From an uncultured Thermococci archaeon (GTDB taxonomy: Archaea > CAYQAE01 > CAYVLA01), in NCBI GenBank assembly GCA_964549615.1, contig CAZJVP010000072.1, forward strand, positions 1 through 64,000: a stretch of 64,000 bases of DNA, read 5' to 3'. Under the pieces are notes generated by a model. That model was not told the DNA's origin and made no database searches. It saw nothing but the letters and a program-made list of their open reading frames with translations. The position numbers and the translations under genes are program-made. Shown piece by piece: positions 50,848-59,763 of the stretch. Every line of letters begins with the position of its first letter. Positions within the stretch are counted from its first letter, which is position 1.

Positions 50848-52062
50848 TCAACCGCTCTGTATGAGCTTGGTAAGCCTGACCTCCTTGTACAGCCGGCGCC
50901 TGACCATGACCAACCAAAGGACCGATCCACACAGGATGAATGTTCCGGTAACCGCGCACCATTCAACGACGAACATCCAGAACGTGGCGGCGTTTCTAGC
51001 CTTGATTGCCTGGGCCATTGCGGCCTCACAGAAGTCCAGCACCTCCGCATAGGCCTCCAGAGCCTGCTCCATTTGGCACTCAACGTAGAGATCGGCCGCC
51101 CTCTTCTTCTTCAGCTGGATTTCCCCGGCCAACTTTGTCAGCCCAACGCTGCTTCCCCCCATCCTCTCGACGAAGTCGATCATGTTGTAGAATGTGGTCA
51201 GCGCCAGCTCCGATTCCCTTATCCGTCGCCTGACAATGTAGACGCTGTCGAGGTCGTCGGGCAGACTGCGGCCCGCTAGGAAGAGCATCATGTTTATCGC
51301 GTAGTCTCCGTAGTACTTCCATCGCATGAAGATGCTCCCGCCCTCTGGCGTCCAGTCGGCGGACTGCCCCAACGTTCTCCCCTTGCCGATATCCCACCAC
51401 ATCAGAAACGGCCCCTCGCCGAATGCGCCCTGCTCAAGCACCGCCAAGAGCTTAGCAGACATCCTAGGCTTGATGTTACAGCTCTTGTAGAAGAAGCCGT
51501 AGCTCTCGAGGGTATCGAAGGGCAGGCTTCTGATGAACTCGTCCTCCCAGTCGAGTATCTTGATCCTGCCGCTCGGTCGCGATGCCGGGTAGGCGATCAT
51601 GTCGCAGGGCAGGACATCGGCGACGCTCGTGGGCTCCCAGGAAGGGTAGGACCCTCCGCCGCCAGCGAAGCTCTCCGCGCCCCCGATCATGACCAGGCCT
51701 AACCCCTCTTCCACAACCCCTCTGGACATCCAAAGGAAGTGCTCGTCGCGAAATGCTTCCCTGTTTGCGTCGCTGAGCACGATGACATCGTTCTCAAGAA
51801 ACTTGGAATAGGTCCTGGGCATGTAGCTTCTCATGCTCTTCTTTATGATGTCTATGCCCTGGTGAACCGTACATGCGTAGACGGCGGAGCAGTCCAGGAG
51901 AGGGTCCGACTTGAGCATGGGAAATGGATTGGGAACCCCTATGGCATCCCCTGCGTAGAGGACCCTGATCCTTCCGGTCACGGGATCGGCCCTTATGTCG
52001 CGGGCCTCGACAACCGGGAGGACCAAGAGGACAAGCAGAGACGATAGCAGATCACACCTCAT
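50848..52062 (-). CDS. Surface-anchored GATase1-like-domain protein (paralog C of 3)
   Basis: Signal peptide, RSYMPRTY, GLGLVMIGGAESF, DFVERMGG, and tail FWMFVVEW-TM-MVRRRLYKEV. Confidence 0.82.
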   Translation of the reverse strand: MRCDLLSSLLVLLVLPVVEARDIRADPVTGRIRVLYAGDAIGVPNPFPMLKSDPLLDCSAVYACTVHQGIDIIKKSMRSYMPRTYSKFLENDVIVLSDANREAFRDEHFLWMSRGVVEEGLGLVMIGGAESFAGGGGSYPSWEPTSVADVLPCDMIAYPASRPSGRIKILDWEDEFIRSLPFDTLESYGFFYKSCNIKPRMSAKLLAVLEQGAFGEGPFLMWWDIGKGRTLGQSADWTPEGGSIFMRWKYYGDYAINMMLFLAGRSLPDDLDSVYIVRRRIRESELALTTFYNMIDFVERMGGSSVGLTKLAGEIQLKKKRAADLYVECQMEQALEAYAEVLDFCEAAMAQAIKARNAATFWMFVVEWCAVTGTFILCGSVLWLVMVRRRLYKEVRLTKLIQSG

Positions 52063-52293
52063 ACCGCGAGAGGGGTGACTTCCTCGCCCTAAAACTATTG
52101 CTTCCGTCCATCTCATCGTAGGCCCATCTCGCCGAGGAGCCTCCGGCTTTCGTCTTGCACCCCAACAGCAGAGGTGCGAGGAAAAAAAGGCCTGCCTTTC
52201 CAAAAACCGGTCAAGGCACGAAACCCCACACCCACACCCCACACCGTTACATATTCATGCCACACGTTGCATTCCCGAGGGGGCTAACAACCC

Positions 52294-53529
52294 ATGGCTT
52301 TTCTGCAGGTGGCGCTCGATCTTCTGGACCTAGACAAAGCCTTGGAGATGGCTAAGTTGACGGTCAAGGCCGGGGCGGACCTGATAGAGGCGGGCACCCC
52401 GCTTATCAAGTCACACGGGATGCCGGCCCTCAAGCGGCTGGCATCGGAGATCTCCGACAGCGCCAGGATCGTCGCCGACATGAAGATCATGGACGCGGGC
52501 TACCTCGAGACCAAGATGGCCGCGGAGTCCGGCGCGGACATCGTGACCGTCCTCGGCGCCTCGACCGCGGCTACCGTGACCGAGGTGGTGAGGGCTGCTA
52601 GGGAGCAAGGCGTGGAGGTCATGGCCGATCTCATTGGTGTTGACAACAAACCGCGACGGGCCAGGGAACTGGAGTCGCTCGGGGTCAACTACATCTGCGT
52701 CCACACGGGGATCGACGAAGTTGGGTCTTCGCCCAACCAGATGCTAGACCTCGAAGACGTAGTGAAAACGGTGAAGATACCAGTTGCGGCGGCTGGCGGC
52801 CTCGACAGCGACACCGTCGGCAGGGCCGTTGATCGCGGCGCGTCCATAGTCATCGTGGGTCGCGCCATCACAAACAGTAAGGATGTGGAGGGTGATACCC
52901 GCCGGATCAAGCAGGCCATCATGAGGGAGCTCGAAATCATGAACGTGAGGAAGGCCATGAGAATCCTCTCCAAACATATCCAGGATTCCTCGTATCATAT
53001 TTCGCAGGACGAGGTGAACAGTTTGCTGGATAGGATCAACTCGGCTTCCAGGATATTCATATGTGGGTCTGGCCGGTCGGGGCTCGTTGGGAGGGCATTT
53101 GCCATGCGCTTAATGCACCTCGGATACCAAGTCTACGTGGTGGGGGAGACGATAACTCCTCCTGTCAGCCCGGAAGACCTCATAATCGCGGTATCAGGAT
53201 CGGGACAAACCACGGTTCCCCTAACCATCGCCAGCATAGCCAAATCGAAGAAGGCCTCCGTCGTGGCAGTGACCAGCTTCCCGGATTCTCCCCTCGGTAG
53301 CCTTGCCGACCAGATCGTCACGATTCCGGGACGGACGAGGAAGGGGGAATCCGAACCATCTGACCATCTGGAGAGGGAAGCCAGGGGCGGGTATGCCCCG
53401 CTCACTCCCATGGGCACCCTGTTCGAGATCGGTGCCATGGCCTTTCTTGATGGGGCCGTGGCCGAACTAATCTCGCGAAAAGGGCTTGCCGAGAGAGGGC
53501 TCGAAGAGCGGCACACCGACTTGGAGTGA
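52294..53529 (+). CDS. hps-phi: Bifunctional 3-hexulose-6-phosphate synthase/6-phospho-3-hexuloisomerase
   Basis: HPS half: LQVALD, EAGTPLIK, DMKIMDAG, HTGID. PHI half: GSGRSG, VGETITP, SGSGQT, PMGTLFE. Confidence 0.95.
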   Translation: MAFLQVALDLLDLDKALEMAKLTVKAGADLIEAGTPLIKSHGMPALKRLASEISDSARIVADMKIMDAGYLETKMAAESGADIVTVLGASTAATVTEVVRAAREQGVEVMADLIGVDNKPRRARELESLGVNYICVHTGIDEVGSSPNQMLDLEDVVKTVKIPVAAAGGLDSDTVGRAVDRGASIVIVGRAITNSKDVEGDTRRIKQAIMRELEIMNVRKAMRILSKHIQDSSYHISQDEVNSLLDRINSASRIFICGSGRSGLVGRAFAMRLMHLGYQVYVVGETITPPVSPEDLIIAVSGSGQTTVPLTIASIAKSKKASVVAVTSFPDSPLGSLADQIVTIPGRTRKGESEPSDHLEREARGGYAPLTPMGTLFEIGAMAFLDGAVAELISRKGLAERGLEERHTDLE

Positions 53530-53733
53530 AGGCGGAGAGCTCCATCTCTCAGGTACCGCCCATACCTGCGATGCCCCACGCCAACGGCTCTTCGCAAGCT
53601 TGCCATCTTGCGACCGCTGCGGGCGCCTAGCCACCATGAGAAAGACCTTCACGGTCGGGAAGCCCTCTGGCAAGAACCGGTTCGCAGGTGGTGGAAGAAG
53701 GCACGCAACCCAACGAACGCCTCTTATCGCCGC

Positions 53734-54615
53734 TCATGTGGGAGCCGAGGGCGAACGGATCCTTGAAAAGAACTCCGGAAGGCCCCTCATGCCGGGCCTC
53801 AGGTGGAAAAGACCACCGGCCCCAGTTCCCTCAACATCCTTCCTGTCCCCACCGGCGGTCGTGACGTACATATCCTTGTAGTCCTTGCCGCCAAAAATCA
53901 CGCTTGAGACCTTGCGCGCAGGGAAATCTATGCGCATGTCCTCCCTGCCGTCCGGGGTGAAGCGCACCAAGCAGCCCCCGTCCCATATCGCGGACCACAC
54001 GTAGCCCTCGGAATCCACCGTCATCCCATCGGGAGTGCCGCCCCCCTCGGGCAGCTTGACGAATGAGCGACCGTTCCAGATCAGGCCCGTCCTTGGATCG
54101 TAGTCGTAGATGCGGATCTCCCGATTGCTCGAGTCGGTGTGGTACATATGACGGCGGTCCAGCGTGAAGCCCATCCCGTTCGAACATCCAACGCCTTCCA
54201 AGATCTTGCTCAGTTTGCCGTCAGGGTCAAGCCTGTACAGGCTCCCAGGATGGTCCTTGCTCGACATGGTGCCGCAGAAGACCCGGCCCGCAGGATCCGC
54301 TATCACATCGTTGAAGCGAGATCCCCTTTCGGCGGGGATTTCCTCGAGAACCGTGGTCAGCTCACCATCTTTCCAGATCATCACGGTCCCCTTGTCCATA
54401 AACAGCAATAGCGACCCGTCCCACTGGATCGTGAAGCCGCCGACGATCCGTCCCTTGTAGAACTGCTCATGGCGGCCGGTGTCCGGTGCGTAGCGAAACA
54501 TCCGGCCGGTCGGTATGTCGACCCAGTATAGCCGCTGCTCCATCGGATGCCATAGCGGCCCCTCTCCAGTCAAACATGCGTAGTCCGCCACCAGTTCCGG
54601 TTTCATGGCCGGCAT
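53734..54615 (-). CDS. SMP-30/gluconolactonase family protein
   Basis: GEGPLW, RFND..DPAGR, SNGMGF and PDGMTVD motifs. Confidence 0.93.
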   Translation of the reverse strand: MPAMKPELVADYACLTGEGPLWHPMEQRLYWVDIPTGRMFRYAPDTGRHEQFYKGRIVGGFTIQWDGSLLLFMDKGTVMIWKDGELTTVLEEIPAERGSRFNDVIADPAGRVFCGTMSSKDHPGSLYRLDPDGKLSKILEGVGCSNGMGFTLDRRHMYHTDSSNREIRIYDYDPRTGLIWNGRSFVKLPEGGGTPDGMTVDSEGYVWSAIWDGGCLVRFTPDGREDMRIDFPARKVSSVIFGGKDYKDMYVTTAGGDRKDVEGTGAGGLFHLRPGMRGLPEFFSRIRSPSAPT

Positions 54616-54885
54616 TCGATCTCACCTGGCAATCCGTCCCGATCAACCGTATAAACGCTTGCGCACACCCTCTTAACCTGTACGGTGTTTGTCCCTGACC
54701 GATCGACCGCGCATATCGTGACGAACCGCTCGTGTACCAACTCCGAAGATGTCCGGCTTGCCAACCACCGCCGTGGACGATCTGTGAAACGTCGGCCGCG
54801 AGAACGCGTTAAGTGGCGCTTGGAAAGTCTTTTCTTTCCTTTCCGCAGCAACCTTACACTCACCTCGAATGGTGGAGTCCTCGAG

Positions 54886-55668
54886 ATGCCGGATCTGCAC
54901 GCACGGCATAGGATCATCGATTCGAACTGCTATCTTGGCCACTGGCCAACGCGCAATGTGGGCCTCGGCACAGCGGAAAGCCTGGTCAAGCTTGCGCAGG
55001 AAAACGGCGTGGACCTGTGCCTTGTGTCGGCGTTTGATGCGATCTTCCACAAGGACTACTTGGCCGCAAACCAACGGATGATGAAGGAGTTGGAAGAATT
55101 CAGAGGCAAACTCCTAGGAGTGCCAATCGAAAACCCCCAATCCCCCGTCTCGGGAAGCCTCCCGCCAGCAGTGGTTAGGCTTGTGCCTTCCTACCATGGA
55201 TACACCGTTCTCAGCAAGAGGTGCCAGCGTTTCCTCAGGCAATGCGAGTCCTGTGGGACGACGGTCTTCGTATCCTTGAGGATGAGGGATGAGAGGCTCA
55301 GCCATCCCCTGCTCAGGCTGCGGCCCTCACGCGTCATGGATCTCGCCCATGTCCTTTCGAAGGTGCCCGGCCTTGACGTCGTCGTGAACAACGCTAAGTC
55401 AAATGAGATCGATGAACTCCTCTCAAGGGGAATGGAGCGGGTCCGGGCTTCATGCGACTGGTCGTTTCCCATCGGGTTCATCGAGAAGATCGTCGACAGG
55501 TGTGGTGATGACAATCTGGTCTACGGCAGCAATGCGCCCCTCCACTACTACCGCAGCTCCCTGCTCCAAGTGCTCATGGCCGATATACCCGAGAAATCCA
55601 AGGCAAAGATCCTTGGCCACAATATCGGTCGGATTCTCCGAAGTTCGCACGCGTCTGTGTCTAGCTAG
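54886..55668 (+). CDS. Amidohydrolase-fold protein with a degenerate metal site
   Basis: IIDSNCYLGHWP replaces DxHxH. Also P.YHGY and YGSNAP. Confidence 0.75.
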   Translation: MPDLHARHRIIDSNCYLGHWPTRNVGLGTAESLVKLAQENGVDLCLVSAFDAIFHKDYLAANQRMMKELEEFRGKLLGVPIENPQSPVSGSLPPAVVRLVPSYHGYTVLSKRCQRFLRQCESCGTTVFVSLRMRDERLSHPLLRLRPSRVMDLAHVLSKVPGLDVVVNNAKSNEIDELLSRGMERVRASCDWSFPIGFIEKIVDRCGDDNLVYGSNAPLHYYRSSLLQVLMADIPEKSKAKILGHNIGRILRSSHASVSS

Positions 55669-55901
55669 ACCGATGGCCATGAACCGACCCGTGGCGTCAC
55701 GACAGGCTCGCAGGAGCTAAACGGCGATCGGCACATCCGAGCAATCCGAAACGGGCCGGTTTGCGCACCGGCGACATGCGCCGCAGAACCACATCGTTCA
55801 TGCATCGAAGGGAGCCCTGACCTTCTGCCCCGCGGCATGCACAAGGGACCGGCTTGTGGCATAGGATCTTCGTGACGGCGAGCCACGCCGCAGAACGGCC
55901 C

Positions 55902-57293
55902 TCAGATGGGCCCTCTCTTCCTGCTCGGAACGAACCACCTTGAGGTCCGCCTGAGTGGCTCGCTAAGCCTCCTTTCGCGGCGCGGCGGGAGTGCTGCAGC
56001 GAAGAGGAGTCCCAGGAAAACCACCAACGCGGCCCCGATCTCCATTTTTCCGGACAAGATCAGGCAATAAACGAGGAGCAGCGCAGCAAAAGGAAGAGCA
56101 ATGAACAAGACGAGCCTGCCCCTACCCGCCGTCCTTGCTGCCAAGAACAGGCTGGCTATCCCAAGCGCAACTAGGACCCAGAAGAAGTAGGCCGCCCAGC
56201 CGTACCCCAAGACCGAAGATAGCAGCATGAGCAATAGACAGCCGATCAGATCCAGCGCGGCCACCAGTCGTCGCACGCCTATCTTGAGCACCCCCAAGCT
56301 CATGTGCCCGAGGATGAGGCCCAGTAGCACGCCCGCCACGACCCCCGCGATGAGCCAGAAGACCGCACTGGAGATCAACCTGTCTGCCAGCGGCGTCTGA
56401 ACCTGTGAAACCGAGAGATCGGCGTCCAGGTCCTTCAGCTCGCCCGAGAACTTGATCGCAGAAAGCCATGCATCGCCGGAGAAGAGGCTCGATATCATCG
56501 GGTGGATGGACTCAAGATCAGTTTTTGGGACCTTGAATCGAACGGGCCCGCCGAGGGCACCCGCAAACCTTGCGAGATTAAGCGCAGGCGGTATCTCCTC
56601 TTCGTAGACCGGCCCGCTGCTTATCGCGAAGATGGCGATCTCCGTGCTGCCTGAGGCGAGCGTCGAGATCCGCAGCGGAAAGTACAACGAGCTGGACTTG
56701 AACTTGTAGAGAATCGGCTCGATGCTTCTTGGCTCAGGCGACAGCTCCACCAAGTCCAGAACGAAATAGGGAAACCTGTCGCGGATGTAGGAGTCCACCA
56801 AGCTGGCTAGCTTCTGCGAGGAAACCCTCTTTCCCATCCCCCGCTCCTCTAGGAAATCGTTTGCCCAATCCTCGAACTGCCGGGAATCGTCAACCCTTAT
56901 GACGGTGATGTCGTGTGAGCCGATCTTGTCGTGGAAGACGATCTCCACCCCGGTCTGCTTCCCGCCGCCCCTAAACTCCCCTAACGGGCTGTGATCGCGC
57001 ATCAGACTGTTGATAGCCACGAATGGAGCAAGATCGGTCTTTTCGATGACGTCGGGCTCAGAAGGAAGAGGCAAGACCTCCAAGACCGTCGTTGCTGCGT
57101 CGGCATACACGTCCGTGGAGAGTATCAGGATCTCCTCTAGGCCGTTCCAAGCAACGATTGCCTTCTGGCCTGGACCGAAGACGGAAACGTCGGCAAGGGG
57201 CAGCATTCCCCTGTCCGCCAAGCAGACCTGCACTGCCAAGCCCGCCAAGAGCAAACCAGCTACGAACAGGACCAGCATCCGAGTGCTGGACAC
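55902..57293 (-). CDS. DUF2330-like secreted domain with C-terminal multi-pass membrane region
   Basis: Signal peptide, GQKAIVAWNG.EEILILS, LPLPS.P, FPLRIS and about five TM helices. Confidence 0.78.
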   Translation of the reverse strand: MSSTRMLVLFVAGLLLAGLAVQVCLADRGMLPLADVSVFGPGQKAIVAWNGLEEILILSTDVYADAATTVLEVLPLPSEPDVIEKTDLAPFVAINSLMRDHSPLGEFRGGGKQTGVEIVFHDKIGSHDITVIRVDDSRQFEDWANDFLEERGMGKRVSSQKLASLVDSYIRDRFPYFVLDLVELSPEPRSIEPILYKFKSSSLYFPLRISTLASGSTEIAIFAISSGPVYEEEIPPALNLARFAGALGGPVRFKVPKTDLESIHPMISSLFSGDAWLSAIKFSGELKDLDADLSVSQVQTPLADRLISSAVFWLIAGVVAGVLLGLILGHMSLGVLKIGVRRLVAALDLIGCLLLMLLSSVLGYGWAAYFFWVLVALGIASLFLAARTAGRGRLVLFIALPFAALLLVYCLILSGKMEIGAALVVFLGLLFAAALPPRRERRLSEPLRRTSRWFVPSRKRGPI

Positions 57294-57474
57294 GAGGGCA
57301 CCCCTCTCCGCGTAGTCGTCCGTTCTGATAAATCCTCCCCTGCCTGCGTACTGCAACAATCAACTCTCTCAGGATCCTGAGCCTCTTCTCAGCCGTCTCC
57401 CACTTCTCCAACAAAAACACCAGCAAACCCACCCCACACAAAGTGTAACATATGTCGGTTTACCCAACAGTCGG

Positions 57475-57948
57475 TCAGCCCAGCGTCAAGCTTATCTCAT
57501 CGCCTGGGGAAAGCCCCCGCCACAACTTCCCACCCGTGATGGTTATGACCAGATCATCCTTTCCGCTCACCGAATGCAACCTGACGAGCTTCCTCGAGCG
57601 ATCCACCTTCGTCACCTTGCATTCGATCTTCTCAAGCGATCCTGGTGCCAGTTTCGGTCCGGCCGCCTCGGCCCATCGGTACATCTCAAGAAGCCGTCTG
57701 CCCTCATCGCTGAGCCTTGAGCAGCCCCCCTTCGCGCCTCCGCGGGTTGAGATGACGACCGGCCTTCCCGCGGCTTCCCCGATCTTCGAAACGATCCCCC
57801 AAGCATGCCTGTAGGAAAGGCCAAGGTTGGAAGCAGCGTGTCTGATCGAGCCGGTCCTCTCGATCTCCTCCAACAGCTTCGCCCTTCCCTTCCCGATCAG
57901 GGGGCGTCCGTCCCTCTCGATCCAGATCTTGGACCTCGCCGTTGCCAT
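57475..57948 (-). CDS. ModE-family transcriptional regulator (winged HTH plus single TOBE-like domain)
   Basis: G.GRA.LL..I..TGSI..AA..LGLSYR.AW, RGG..GG and L.PGD motifs. Confidence 0.88.
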   Translation of the reverse strand: MATARSKIWIERDGRPLIGKGRAKLLEEIERTGSIRHAASNLGLSYRHAWGIVSKIGEAAGRPVVISTRGGAKGGCSRLSDEGRRLLEMYRWAEAAGPKLAPGSLEKIECKVTKVDRSRKLVRLHSVSGKDDLVITITGGKLWRGLSPGDEISLTLG

Positions 57949-57950
57949 CC

Positions 57951-58670
57951 CTATCGACCACGGAGCATCTCGTACCTTCGGATGATCTGCCCGATCACGG
58001 TTCCATCCTCCAAACGTGCAGCGAGATCTTTGAGGACGGCCGGGGAATAGGTCCATGCCCCCTTCTCATTGAAGGAGACGCACCGCAGATATTCAATCCT
58101 CAAGGTGGGGTAGCAGGACTCCAACAGATAGCAGTAGACGGCCACCTGAGGCATGGAGTACAGAAACCTGCCCTCAGGCTTGTAGTCTATCACCTCGATG
58201 CAGTCGGGGCAGATCCGCATCAGATCGATGTGGCCCGTTAGCCTCAGAAAACCCGACCACACGGGCACCTCCATGGCCACCATGCCGGGGTCGTTCTTCA
58301 GCAGGTAGTCTTGAACCTGGAAGTGTCTGTCACGAACCTTCCTCATCCGGGCGATCGAGCCGCATATGGACTCGTATTCGCCCTCGGATGCCCTAGTGTC
58401 CAGAAGTCCCCGCTCCTCCAGATGGGACACGAACCACGCATCCGAAGGCCTCGCCGGCAACCTGAGTTGGGACGCGCGTTCGTACTTCTCGTCCTCGAAA
58501 ACGTTCAGGGGGATTCGTCCCTGTGCAACCGTCGAGAGGGCATGCCACAGATCCTTGCTGTGCTTCTGGTTGAAAGCCCTGTGATGCCTCAGGTTCCACT
58601 GGAAGAGGTAGCCCACACCAGTATGTCGAAGCCTCCTGCGAACGATGAGCCCGTATTCTTCCTCCGACAA
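57951..58670 (-). CDS. PD-(D/E)XK nuclease family protein
   Basis: EVPVW, TGHIDL, IDYKP and QVAVY motifs. Confidence 0.85.
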   Translation of the reverse strand: MSEEEYGLIVRRRLRHTGVGYLFQWNLRHHRAFNQKHSKDLWHALSTVAQGRIPLNVFEDEKYERASQLRLPARPSDAWFVSHLEERGLLDTRASEGEYESICGSIARMRKVRDRHFQVQDYLLKNDPGMVAMEVPVWSGFLRLTGHIDLMRICPDCIEVIDYKPEGRFLYSMPQVAVYCYLLESCYPTLRIEYLRCVSFNEKGAWTYSPAVLKDLAARLEDGTVIGQIIRRYEMLRGR

Positions 58671-58673
58671 GCA

Positions 58674-59069
58674 CTACTGCTCCGTCATGATGTACCGGGT
58701 CTGCTCGATTCCCCTGATACCCCTGATCCTTGAGGTCATGATCCTGATTTCATCACTCTTGCCCTTTGCCAGGAAAACGGTGATGTTGCGGCCTCCGCCG
58801 ATCTTGAACGATGCCTCTGCCTCGATGAGCCTGGAAAACTGCGACCTCACCCTGTCTATGCGACCCCTCTCGCTTTCACCCTCCCTGTAAAGGAACATGA
58901 ATGCGTTGAAGACGTCCTCCTTCACCTTGCCGTACATCCGCTGCTCCGATATGTGGCTCCTGATTGCGTCCCTAATCGCCTCGCTCCTTGAGGAGTACCC
59001 CACGATGCCCATCATGAGGTCCAGCTCCTTCATCAAAGCATCGGGAATGTTGAGACTAACGATCGGCAT
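58674..59069 (-). CDS. NikR-like ribbon-helix-helix regulator lacking canonical Ni ligands
   Basis: IVSLNIP..L..ELD...GYSSRSEAIRDAIR RHH domain plus an ACT-like C-domain with no His or Cys. Confidence 0.85.
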   Translation of the reverse strand: MPIVSLNIPDALMKELDLMMGIVGYSSRSEAIRDAIRSHISEQRMYGKVKEDVFNAFMFLYREGESERGRIDRVRSQFSRLIEAEASFKIGGGRNITVFLAKGKSDEIRIMTSRIRGIRGIEQTRYIMTEQ

Positions 59070-59472
59070 CTGCCTTCCCCGCTGCCGGTCCTCAGCGGAT
59101 CACCTTAAATCTTGTGCATATATGTTGAACGTCTCGTATGGCAAGAGGCGGGGGAACCACAAAAGGGGCCGCCGTGTGGGGCCCCTCCCATCGGACAATC
59201 GATGAAAAGCCCGGATCCGGTGGAAGTGATAAGACCGCCATTTGTGTCCACATCCCTACTCTCGGATCGCGCGCTCGTGCCCAAGCCGTTTCCATACACT
59301 TTCGGCGGACGTCGGAATGAATGCAATGGAAGGACGGCGACTGGGCCGAGGATTCTCAACGGTCACCAGATGACCAGCAAGACTCCGCCAGCGAACCTCC
59401 TGCCATGGAGCCCGAGGCATGCTATGCCCAACAACAGTCTTTATCAACTCGGACGCCAACGTATGTGGGGGA

Positions 59473-59721
59473 ATGAACCTGCAGTGGATCAAGTGCCCAG
59501 GCTGCGGCAACGACCTCTTCAGGATAAGGCTCGACGGGTTGGCCCAGTGCTCCCGGTGTGGAAGGCCCCTTGAGATTCCGACAAGGGAGAGGCGCCCCCG
59601 GATCCCCAGCCCTTACCCGGAGCAGCCGCCCGAGTACCCCGAGCCCTACCATCCTGACATCAAGGGTCCGACCTGGATCTCCGCCGAGGGCAGGACGCAC
59701 GGGGACAGGAACGCCTCGTGA
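59473..59721 (+). CDS. Small zinc-ribbon protein with a Pro/Glu/Tyr-rich tail
   Basis: CPGCG..CSRCG. TTTATC box at ~59440. Confidence 0.7.
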   Translation: MNLQWIKCPGCGNDLFRIRLDGLAQCSRCGRPLEIPTRERRPRIPSPYPEQPPEYPEPYHPDIKGPTWISAEGRTHGDRNAS

Positions 59722-59763
59722 TTCCTCTCGACCATCCGGTAGCGCCCCCGAGATGATCGGTCT

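Noticed and set aside
57951-58670. PD-(D/E)XK protein as Cas4 of a CRISPR locus
   Set aside because: It lacks the four-Cys Fe-S pattern, and no cas genes or repeat-spacer array are present in the window.
59164-59186. Hairpin AGGGGCC-N9-GGCCCCT as a riboswitch or terminator
   Set aside because: A single GC hairpin with no U-tract or recognisable aptamer motifs.
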